From NCBI RefSeq assembly GCF_964355755.1, contig NC_092680.1, positions 18,361,045-18,425,044 of the forward strand: a stretch of 64,000 nucleotides of DNA. The letters are read 5' to 3'. Positions 1 to 12,181 of the stretch are shown here, piece by piece (position 1 is the stretch's first letter; each line of letters starts with the position of its first letter). The notes under the pieces are model-generated. The model saw only the letters and a program-made list of their open reading frames with translations, searched no databases and was not told the origin of the DNA. The translations under genes and the position numbers were made by a program. This stretch comes from Antedon mediterranea (Eukaryota; Animalia; Echinodermata).

Positions 1-120
1 CCAGTGTACACATCCGGATTTCTGTGCACTTTAAGAACCCAGTGCATCTTAACGAAAAAGTAGGGGTTGTCTCGGTGTAATTTGTCAGCCTTGCCCATTG
101 ACTGACAATTGAGTTCTGTT
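1..120 (+). mobile_element. Second Deu-domain SINE fragment, opposite orientation
   Basis: GTGCACTTTAAGAACCCAGTGCATCTTAACGAAAAAGTAGGGGTTGTCTCGGTG aligns with the reverse complement of ~238-296. Confidence 0.65.
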
Positions 121-566
121 TGGTAAAGGTAAAGGTATTCATATTTGTCCTCAAGCTTAACTGGAAACTGAGGAAATTCGGATTAGGCCCTCCACGGACC
201 CACGGCAGCCAGCAGTGCAGCGCCTATCAGATCAGCACACCGGGAGACAATCCCCTACTCTTTTCGAATAGTGTACCAAGTTCTTTAACGTGCACTGTTA
301 AGTACACGGGACCAACGGCTTTACATCCCATCCGAAGGACGAGGCAATGAGAGGAAAGCACCTTGCCTAAGGATGCAATTAGTATGGTACAGATAACCTC
401 GAACCCATGCTAGTCCGATATTACCATTACACCATCACTCTCCAGTATATACAGCACCCGCCGCGATTTTTAGACGGTCTCCCATCCAGAACGCAACCAG
501 GCCCAACACTGCTTAACTTCGGTGATCTGACGAGAACCGGTGTTTCAACGCAGTATGGCCGTAACA
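121..566 (-). mobile_element. 5S-rRNA-headed SINE with tRNA-like segment and Deu domain (DeuSINE/AmnSINE1-like)
   Basis: The minus strand reads, in order: a 5S-like head (566-447), A/B-box-like TGGTGTAATGG..GGTTCGAG, a Deu-like core GTCCTTCGGATGGGATGTAAAGCCG..GGTCCC..TTAAAGAAC..GAAAAGAGTAGGG..CCCGGTG, and a (CCTTTA)n tail at ~121-137. Confidence 0.75.
447..566 (-). pseudogene. 5S rRNA-derived sequence (SINE head)
   Basis: GTTACGGCCATAC..GTTGAAACACCGGTTCTCGTCAGATCACCGAAGTTAAGC..GGGCCTGGTT..TGGATGGGAGACCG..GGGTGCTGTA. Diverged from canonical 5S and lacks a poly-T terminator. Confidence 0.85.
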
Positions 567-856
567 GTTGACAGTTTGACACAAAGAAACCATTTGGTAG
601 TTTATTGTATGTTAAAAAACCTGGTCCACTGCGCTTTGTTGGCCCTAGGTATATTATATGTGCTTCTTTTACAATTCACAGTCAATAAATATACTCAGAG
701 AATGTATGTTATTATAAAGTACAGTATAGCTTCAACCTATTTTGTGGATTATTTTAATTTGACCTCACCAACAATGTGACTCGGTTAGATTTCATATTCA
801 AAATATCCAGAACCTTTTCTTTTTAAATTTTAAATAAAACTAACAAATAATCTAAC

Positions 857-3800
857 CTGTACTTGTTTTGTTAAGTTGAGATCTCCTGGCATTTTTTCAG
901 TGCTGCAACTAAAAAATCCTACAAAATAACAATGACATATTATGTAAACCACCAAGTTTAGAATGAAGAATGTTATAATAGAAAATTCATCAAACAAAAA
1001 CAACTATTGTATTAAATAAACTACAGTTGACATCTCTCCTAATACCCGTTTCACACAAATAAACACAAATTGTACAAAATCTTCATAGCATTGTACACAA
1101 TAATTCTTTTTTAGGATTAATTTGGTTTTCCTGATTTCATCATTTAAGGGGTCGAAATAAAAACATGTTCATGGCCTATCTACGTTCACACTGAGCCCAG
1201 ACTCCGGTCCGGTAGGCAGATAAAAAATTAGATTTTTAACTGTACCTGCTGGCAAATCTCGTTCAAGCAAAGCATCAGCTATGTCCTTATTATCAGCATC
1301 ATCAATCTAAATCAATCAAACCAAAAGAAAATGATAGTATAGTATCTTGAATAGCATAAACAAATGACAAATGTGCCAAAAAACAACTTGGCACTTAACA
1401 GCAAACCACAAAATAATCATCAACTTTTATCTTTATAAATTCTATTTATTTATTTATTTATTTTAATTTAATTTTTTAATTTTTATTGTTACATGTTTAT
1501 GTATTTTCATATTTTATTTTTACATTTAAATGTATTTAACATTCAACATTTATTTAGAAACAGTTCAAGAAATAAAAAGAAGCATACATTTACAATAACT
1601 TAAATGGTGAAAATAAATAAGAATTTTTTTAGGAATCGGAAAAAATTGGTCTCTAATGATCAGCTTCGGCTGGATGAACCACCCTCGTAAAGTATTGTTG
1701 TCCTCAACAACCTTCAAGGAAAACATTATTAATCGCACTCCATCTCACAGTGTGAGGTACCAAAAAAGGGGATTTTAGGGGTGGAGTTTTATGTCGGGAA
1801 CAGGTACAGTATGAGTAGTAAGAAAGAGTGGGGATAAATTCAAAAAACAAATTTACAAAAAATTAACAAGAGCCAGCCATTTTTTATAAGGGCGACCATC
1901 CTTCAACTTCAACTGGCCACTATGCTTTAAAGGTTAATTTTAAGCCCTGAAACTTATGGGATAAAATGCAAAATAAATCAATAATTATACTTACTTCCAA
2001 TATATAGGTGTCCCTATATTGGTTACCAAGTAGAGAGTCATTTAGGTCATCGACATCTTGTTGGCTATCAGAGTGTTTTGGACTATCTGTTAAACCTTCC
2101 GGGGTCTGGTCCTTTTAAAAATAAAACCTCAAAAACTACAATCTGTCTCACAAATGTTGTAATGATATATGTCTTGCACCGTACTAATAAGGGTAGGGTA
2201 CCCTTGTATCCCATGTCATAAATCTGGCTCATTTTGACCATTTTTCATTAAGTACCATCTGCGTCTTTAAATATTTTAAGTTGATATTTTGTGTTGATTA
2301 TGGAATTTGCGATAGAAAAAGTCCTTCTATAACGATGTACATATACAGTAAATAAAAGAACTCAGAAACTGAGTGTTAAGAAATAAATCAGGAAAAACTG
2401 TATTCGGTAAAAGAGGGCTCACTACTTGATATTTCAGTCCTTGTTAAAAGAATACAGAGGTTAGTCAAATTCTAATATAATAAGCTTTTGTGACATAACC
2501 AATATATTAATATTTCTGAAAATCAAGAGGCATGTTATGTAAGTATATACCTATTAACACACAAACATTCAGGACAATACTTTAAAAATTGTCGATGCTA
2601 TCGTACTAACAAACAAAGCAAGTACTATATACTTAGCAAAATTCTATTTTGCCAGCTATTAAATAATATAACTAAACAGTTCAAAAGGTAACTTTAGAGA
2701 TGGACCCCACTATAAGGCTGCATCAGCCAATCATATAAACCAGTTTGAAACCCCACCCACTACTCGGTCATGCATCAGTGCACCAGTGTGCTGAGTGAAC
2801 AGAAGAACCTACTGTAGTGTTCAGGTTGTATTGTTCTTTATTTTTCACAATTGCTTCTGAAATCCGTTTCTGTAAACTAATAAGTTCTTTGTTATCTTCA
2901 TCGACAGTACCAGACTAAAAATAAAAGAAAATTTAAATACAAATATAAAATTCTTTGTTAAAATTTAAAAAGTTGATGATTAATTAAAAGTTCATTACTG
3001 TATTTCATTGTTAAAATCAAAGGTACATGTTATTAACACAATAACACTGAACTGTGCTTTTATGCAACATAAGCTGGCACAAACCACAGTTAATGGTCCC
3101 TATGGTGGTCATTATTAGAAAACTCTATCATAATGAATCCAATTAAGAATGATTGTACACGAACACGAACATTACAGAATAATGACTACAGTCAAAAGAA
3201 CGTTTTTAATTAATTTGTTTCGTCTTTTTATTGAAATTTTGTTAAGTATTTTATATATTTTAAATAATTTAAAAAAAAATGTAAAATAACAAATGCAAAT
3301 GTGTTTTTAAAAACATCAAAATCTATCATTTTATGTATATACAGCAAATGTTTTTATTACAACTACGACATTGTAACATATAAATTAGAGGAAAAAATAT
3401 GCTTACAAATATAATATTTATAACAGAGTATGATAATATTGGTGGGACGAACCCACACAAGTAAAAAAAAAAGAATAATTGTACAGCTGAGTAAACTAAC
3501 CTTTCCTGTCAATTTTAATGTTGAGGGGGGAGGAAGTGCAGCAATATAAACAGCTGTTCCGGTCTAAAAAAGAAACGATAAATGTCATTTGCATAGTCTA
3601 TCATGGAACTGCTTTTCTTCTTTTTTGTTGTTGTTATCTTAGGTTATTTTATGGATCATTTTTGTGTATAAAGCGCTTAGAAACCTTTTTAATACAGAAT
3701 AGAATTCTAAATAGTAATAATTAAATAATTTCTGATTCGTACTATTCATTGATATTTACCACTGCTCATCTTAATAAAGTAGATAGAGGCACCCAAATAC

Positions 3801-6800
3801 TCAATCAATGATGTAATAATAGCCCACTCATTTGTTATTTCAAATATGATTGTTATTGAACTTTTAAATGACAATAACCTGTGACTAGTGCACAATACAT
3901 GTTACAAAGTATATAATAAATATACTTTATTTCAACATATTGACTTGAAAACCTTCAAACAATATATTATATAACACAATGCTTATAGAGCTAAAATTAG
4001 ATACCAATTTCCAATTAAAAATAATCAGGTATTTTAATTATTACTTAAATCTGATTGTTATTTAACTTTAAAATGATAATAAAGTACATTATCATAAATA
4101 TACAGTTTGTGGTACATCAAGTATATATATAGTTCTGAAAAGAACTGTTTCTCAGTTCTGAATTATAAATATGTGGTATACGTTATACTTTATTTCAACA
4201 TATTGACTTGAAAACCTTCAAACAATATATTATATAACACAATGCTTATAGAGCTAAAATTAGATACCAATTTCCAATTAAAAATAATCAGGTATTTTAA
4301 TTATTACTTAAATCTGATTGTTATTTAACTTTAAAATGATAATAAAGTACATTATCATAAATATACAGTTTGTGGTACATCAAGTATATATATAGTTCTG
4401 AAAAGAACTGTTTCTCAGTTCTGAATTATAAATATGTGGTATACGTTATACTTTATTTCAACATATTGACTTGAAAACCTTGAAAAAAATAAACACAATC
4501 CTTACAATTAGCTACCAATTTCCAATTAAAAATAATTAAGTATTTTATTTACTTGATAATTATTTTTTTAAACCAAGTAACCATGGTTACTGATCAACAA
4601 AGTTAGCACAAATTGCAATTAGCTTACATTCGCAGCACAGTCACAGGTTTACATTTTCCATAAACTAATAATTAATCAGCTAGTACACAACTCTCAAACA
4701 ATACTTATTCATTGCAGCAAATGCATAGTTACCAACCATCTCACATTGTGCAGAATTTCAAAGTGATTTTTTATGAAACACACATTTTAGAAAAACACAT
4801 CCATGATCACAAATTTATCAAAAAAGTGTGACAATTTTTATAAGCATTTGATTGGTTTATTAAAATTATAAAAACGGACTTGTGGGCGTAATTTATCCGT
4901 TAATCATCACCAAACATATTAACCACAAAATATTTAATAATATACATTGTTGTGTTGGTCCAACCAGCCAAATGATGGCGTTTGTCAAGTATTTAAAATC
5001 TCATGTTTGTAACTATGTATATTAAGTGATCTGTTTAACAAAAATAAGAATAAGACATACAGCTGTTCCTACAAGTAATTCTTCACCCACAATCATTTGA
5101 ACTCGAAGGCCAAACAAAGCATTCATTCCCTTCACCTGAAAAATAATGAATCAAGAATTTTAATGTTATAGATACATTTTACAAACTTAAGGATCTTTTT
5201 AATGCTTTCTTGATTAAGGTTAATTTGATTAAGTGCCTTAAGCTAATGCAGAACGGACTCAATTAAACATGCACACATCAAGCATGTATAACATGTAGTG
5301 GACTAGGAATAGAAGGCTAGCCATCATTGCTCGTGTCCAAAAATTAAAATAAATTTAGTAACAAGACTTCATGCTTCACCCTTGTTACGATCTGTTACCT
5401 CTCTGTTGTTATAGTCTTAATCTTACTAACAGTTACATAAGTATGTTTAGTGTGACAATGTTCTAAGAAACATGCAGGCCTTGCAATGTTATTGAGGTCA
5501 AGTTCATTATTGAAAATCAAAACGTGGCAGGCTGAAGGCGCTTGACCTTTGACATGATCTTCTAAAATTTGTAAGCATTTTTCCTTACAATACTTAGTGT
5601 TGTATATTCTGGTACAGTCACTTCATAATCTCTTTGCTTTTCTTTCTTTATCTTTTTACTAACAAATTTTATTTAATTTATTTATATTTTTACTTAATGT
5701 ACACAACTAACAATTTTTCAATAAACATATACATCATACATAATACATTCCTACCCTAACAACATTTTTCAAAACTTTCTATTATTAAAAAGTCGAGGAA
5801 AGTCAGGTCTCAGGTCCATTCCACAGTCACCACAAATTGACTTATTCATCAGTAGTTCTATGAATGGATGATTAGTGGGAACATGAACAGTAGCTAATCA
5901 TACCCAGTACCGTTTTGATTGTACGATTAATCGGGAAAACACCTCACGACACCTAACATGCACACGTAAAAATATCTATAGATGAACTGTAAGCTTATGT
6001 TGACACAGAACAGTGTTGACATAAGCGCTACAAACGCAACTGACCTCAACTAAAAAATGTAATCGGTTGGTGCCGTGCGTTGGAACGTAGAACTAAACGA
6101 GTCTCTCCCATTATAATGGTAGAAGTATTAGCACGTCAATGTTTTGTTATATTTTATATTTCATCCATATAGTTTGTTGATTTAAAGGACAACTTGACCG
6201 AGGACCATATTTTAACAACGTATTAGGGATGTACATATGATTTCAGAACCATCGCGAGATTAAGGATATAGCCACACGTGCTCGCCGTACAGCCGTCTCC
6301 GTAAATTGCTGTTGATTTTGTTATTGTTTCTTTTGCTTATCTGGACTCATTAAGTAGATTTTGCGATGCACCTGTGACGCTACAGTAATTTACGACGACG
6401 GCTGTACAGCGAGCGTGTGCAGTGATATCCTTAATCTCGTGATTGTTCTGAAATCATATGTACATCCCTAATACGTTGTAAAAATATGGTCCTTGGTCAA
6501 GTTGTACTTTAATGGTGTGTTTATGATGATGTAACTTTTCAGTTAGTCACTTGAATGTGGTTAAATTCAAATACAAAGATACAAACAGCACATCTACAGC
6601 ACCCCTAAATGTGTCGAGGAATGGCACACCTGCAAAAGATGCTTACCTTAAGCTTATTTATTATTCTTCTGTGTAATTCATACTCCATAAATGGTAGTGC
6701 CTGATAAATATAAGAACATTACTTATTATATTACACAGTATATACACGTATCTTTGATTTATATATTAAATATTCCACAGTACAAAAAAACCAAAGGACA

Positions 6801-9800
6801 TTTGTAAAAATTGTTTGTTATTGCATGCATGCATACACACATAGAATATCAAAATGACCGGAATTGTCTGGGAAGGTTTTAAGCTACACTTGGAAATTGG
6901 AACAGATAATAATAATAAGTATTTAGAGCCTATGTGAATGAATGAATGTCTTGTTTGTTTAAACTCCAATATGACTACAATTTCTTAACTGGCTACCCGT
7001 CACAAGTTTTTTTGGAGGGAAACCTCCAAATGTTATTACTTTCTGGGTGTTGCCTCTTAATTATTTATATTTAAATTGTTATTTTGTTTACTTTGAAATG
7101 ATAAGAAATAAATGTTATTATGAATGAATGAATGAATATGATTGGTTGAGACTGCATCAAATGACTACAGCTGCGAGGATCGTTGTTCCCGAGTACGATG
7201 ATATTGACTGAGTACTTTTCGCGTGACTATCGTGTCCTTGTACGTCATTAAACATATAGAATCCATATTGACTATGTAATTTGCGTGTGGCAACACTCGC
7301 ATTTGGCGATAAATAATAAAAGTCATCTACTAGGACTCAAACTCACGAAGACATCCACATCATCACGCGACAACGATATACGCTGCGCCACGTAACTTGC
7401 TAGAAGAAATAATTCAACTAAACTATTTAAACTATGCATACATAGCACCCTCATTTTGTTATTTGCCCTCTATAGATGCTACAAAAAACTGTTTGCGATT
7501 AGGCAATTACCTGGTACGTGCGGCGCGCTGAAATCCTGGTGATTTGGCTCCTCAAAGAAGACTATATCTGTATATTATTCTTCGCAAGGTAAGGTGAATG
7601 CAACGCCTAACTAGGCAGGCTTAATACATAAAAGGAGGCCTAGCTACCCAAACCAGTAGATATTCTACTTGTTGTTGTTGGCTATGTAATATAACAGATT
7701 TCGCCTTTTATATCGGTAAAATATAAGATTTGACATCTTCTCAGGAAATGATATTTTGCTCTTAAGAAATATATATTCCCTCGAGCAAAATATCATTCCC
7801 TCTGGGATGTCTAATCTCAAACCTCTAAGCAGGCAATATCTGTATAAAAAGCGCTCTTAAGCTGCTGTCTTACAGCACTATAAGAATAAAAATCAATTTG
7901 AACAAGAAAGTTTTAAAAAGAGACTTACCCTGCATTCAGATCAATGGTGTTTCATGAGTCAAAAAACCTTGGGGTAGGTATCTTTCCAAATTATTAATAT
8001 GTAATATAATTGAATGTACCACAATTTTAACATTCAATAGTGCCATTCATCATTCATTAGTGCAAAATAATGAATGGCATGTGATGCATAAAACTAAGTA
8101 CCACAATTTTAACATTCAATAGTGCCATTCATCATTCATTAGTGCAAAATAATGAATGGCAATTGATGCATAAAACTAAGTACCACAATTTTAAAATTCA
8201 ATAGTGCCATTCATCATTCATTAGTGCAAAATAATGAATGGCATGTGATGCATAAAACTAAGTACCACAATTTTAACATTCAATAGTGCCATTCATCATT
8301 CATTAGTGCAAAATAATGAATGGCATGTGATGCATAAAACTAAACAATCAAATGGCAAGGTTACAAAGTTTGCTTTAATAAACATGAATACTCACATCTC
8401 CTACTTGTGCTGCATTTATCTCACCCTGAGCATGTTTTTTGGGTCTACAAATTCTATAACAAAAAAATATATATAAATGACATGCAACTGAATAATGCAA
8501 CAAAAGGTACTCTTCCTATTGGGTAGGTCTTTATATGCACATATTTATACTATTATTTTAATAATCAGTTGTTATACCTTGCTTGCAAGAAACATCCTCT
8601 TCCAGTATACTGTATTTCAACAGGTGGTTCTATTGTTGTAATCAAAATATCTGGTACCTTGTGTTTTCTGCATTAAAAAAAAAAATCGTAGACAGCCAAA
8701 ATTATCTTTTAAATCTACCATATTTATTTGAATAAATTCCATAAAGCGTATATTGTTCGGGAAGGTTTCTAGGAGCCTGTTTATTTGAGGGAAGCGTTTA
8801 TTATCTGATGGTTGAAAGTACCTACCTACAGATCTGGCATTTAGACAAGGTTACTGGAAATGGTAAAGTGGAATCCTTATAAGGTACATGGCACAAACTA
8901 CAACCTGTCTCTTGGTGAAAGCTGTCACTCATCCTGCATAAAAATGAATGCTTTAATTATTATTATATTTAAAGCTCATGTACAGGCATGAATTTTAAAC
9001 ATAATATCTGGTAAATTGTACATAAATCAAATATTTGTAATAGAAATCAAGATGAAAAAAACAATAATTTCCATTAAAATGGTCAATTACAAAATTTAGC
9101 AAAATTCTGCTATAAAAACCAGAAAGACATTTTTCAGTAGTAGCTAGTAGTAGTTTAACCTAATGTAATAACATGTCTGGTGACTCCCTAGAAGGTGAAA
9201 AAAGATGGTGGATATCTTGTGGATATTTTTTGCTATAGCATGAAAATAAAACTCTGAGGTTGAATAAAAATACCAGAAACGTAAAATTCAAGTTATATAC
9301 CTATATTTCACCATCTGATAACATTTTTTACCACACCGTTTATTGTTCATAGTTTTTTTTGTGTACAAAACAATAGTGATTTTGCTGAGTAATTTGAACT
9401 ATCCCCCTCACTGTGCATATTTTCCAGCTCGTGTAACACAAATAAAATCCCAAAAATTATGAAACATATGGGAAACTATAGATCGATAATTATTGGAATG
9501 TATGATCAATAGAAATTGTTTGCCCGCACCTTGCCTTTAAGCCCATCTTTCCAATGTAATTTAAAGTACATTGATTGTTAACTATTAAGGTGCTAATGTT
9601 ATTTCATTTAATATTTTATTAAAAATAAATAATATTCTTAAAATGTCTAAGTGTGTTGCTTTATGTTGGTATTTGTCAAATATTCAGTGTCATTTTTTTT
9701 TTAAATTCTTTTGTGTCATGTCTGTATAATCTGGATTAATTTGTTATGTAAGCTGCATTTTGTTATTTGCATTGTTTGTGTATTACTTCTTGCTAAACTT

Positions 9801-12145
9801 CATCAATAATATAAACTGCTGTAATTCCAGCAAAAAAAACAAGCTTCTTTTGTTTACAGATGACAAATGATAGATTAGAAATAAAAATGTTTCTTTGGTT
9901 GATATAGTACTATAGCAATATGTTTTTAAAGGTTATAGCAATATTAATACTGTGTCAACTTGAATGCAAAGTGTGTTTACATAGTATCGGCATTGAAACA
10001 GGAAAATAATTAGTCCTAGTATTTTATAAGAATATTTAAAAAAATTTTAAAAAAATGTGAGACAGAATTTCAAAATTACACTTTTGAATGGGATACCATA
10101 TGGTATAACAAGGTGTTTTCTATGCAACATATCACAAAAGTTGCGCAATTCAATTTCAAACTACTACATCGCATTCTTGTGTGTAAAAGTAAGCTAAAAA
10201 TTTGGAATCTTTCTATAAATGACATATGTGAAAGATGTAATAGTGAAATTGAAAATGAAAAACATTTGTTATTTTCATGTAATAAGATTAAACCCATATG
10301 GATTGTATTTAAGTTTTTGATCTCAAACTGTTTTGTACAAAAAATTGATATAACATGGCGTAATATTGTTAAGGGATCGGAAAAGAAAACAGTAAATGAA
10401 CTTACTTCAATATTTACTTTTTGCATTTATAAATCGTGTTTAGTAATAAGAAAAGAAACAAAATCAGGAATCAAAAATTATTTGGAGATTATTTTGCTAT
10501 GAATTTATTAACAAATGAATTCATGCATAATTTACATAAGGCTCAAAAGAAATGGATGAATAATTGAAAAGATAAACTATTAAAACTATCAAAAGATTTA
10601 ATGGTATTAATGTAATTATTTCATTGATTCCTTTTTTTTTTTTACCTTATCATAATGGATGTATATTAACATAAACTCTGTTTTTAGGCATCAGTTATAC
10701 TTTTTAAGATGCCAATATTCAAATACATGTATGTGTATATGATTTGCAATATTTTATATCGTAAATACAAATTGTAAGTAGTAGTTGTACCAAGGTGACA
10801 TCGGGTATGAAGCGTCTCACATACGCACAGAGACAAAATCGCATCTTGGACTTGCACAGTGCAAAAAAATAAAAGATGCAAAAACTATATAACTTGAGTT
10901 ATTGTAAAAAAATGTAAGAAACATGTGGGAAACTGGTATAGATACGATAATTATTAGAATGTTTTGCCTGAAATAAGTCTTTAAATGTGCTTTATTTTTG
11001 TTATAATTTTAGATTGGAGTACAGTACATTAAAAAGTAATAAAGCACTAAAAGTATGTTAAAACTTTATTTTGAAGATTTTAAAATTTTGATTTTTTTTT
11101 TTAATCAAACTGATTTTTTAGTTGATAAACCTAGTTAATTTTAGAAATGGATAGTAATAATGTTTTGTATAGCTTTTTGCTATGCTACACTGGCGAAATT
11201 ATTCCCAGTTTGATTTCAACAATACAATAAACAATTTTGAATTTTGAAGTAATTTGAAAAAAAAAAGGAGATATGTGAAAAAAACGTGAGATTTTGAGGT
11301 TGTGTCAAAAAGCTCAAGCCTTAAATCCAATGGCATCTTACTGAAAAAATGACAATGCTGTGGTACAAGTGGCTGGATCTCAATGAAGATACAAATAAAA
11401 TAAGCAAAACTAAATGAAGATGAAAAATAAAACAACCAGAAAAATTGCAGACCTATATATATCGTTATCCAATCGAGTTCGAACAATACCATGAAAGCCC
11501 CAGTGGTCTAATGGTTAGGACATCTGCATATCAAGCAGGCGGTTCGAGTTCGAGTCTCGGTTGGGGCGACTTTTTCTCATTCTCACAGATTTCCTCATCT
11601 TTATCGTTTCAAATTAATTAATTAAATTTCAGTATATCACCAGGCGGTTTAGAATTAATGTTCTTTGCCTCTTGTGTTTATATATATATATATATATACA
11701 CGCCGAGAATGTGAAAGAGTCGCTATCCAATCGAGTTTGAACAATACCATGAAAGCCCCAGTGGTCTAATGGTTAGGACATCTGCATATCAAGCAGGCGG
11801 TTCGAGTTCGAGTCTCGGTTGGGGCGACTTTTTCTCATTCTCACAGATTTCCTCATCTTTATCGTTCAAAATTAATTAATTAAATTTCAGTATATCACCG
11901 GGTGGTTTAGAATTACTGTTCTTTGCCAGATTTGTTTATATATATAAATATATACATATATAAATCCAAAGGCAAATTACTAAAAAAAACGACAATGCTG
12001 TGGGTATCAGTGGCTGGATCTCAATGGAGATACAAAAAAAAGCGAAAAGCTAAATCAAAACAATAAAGTAAAACAGCCAGAAAAGTTAACAGAGCTTTCC
12101 AAAGGCAAATTACTGAAAAAATGACAATTCAGTGGGTATCAGTGG

Positions 12146-12181
<36 letters not shown>

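Noticed and set aside
120-350. 76-aa ORF and most other short ORFs in the track
   Set aside because: They lie within SINEs, MITEs or AT-rich introns, often have non-ATG starts, and have no recognisable domains.
447-566. Functional 5S rRNA gene
   Set aside because: Diverged internally, no terminator, and fused to a SINE body.
9160-9232. Possible extra C2CD5 exon (minus strand, AG...GT bounded)
   Set aside because: It ends in an in-frame TAG in the required phase, and exons 18220-18378 and 8826-8933 already join in phase. It could at most be a poison exon, which is unsupported.
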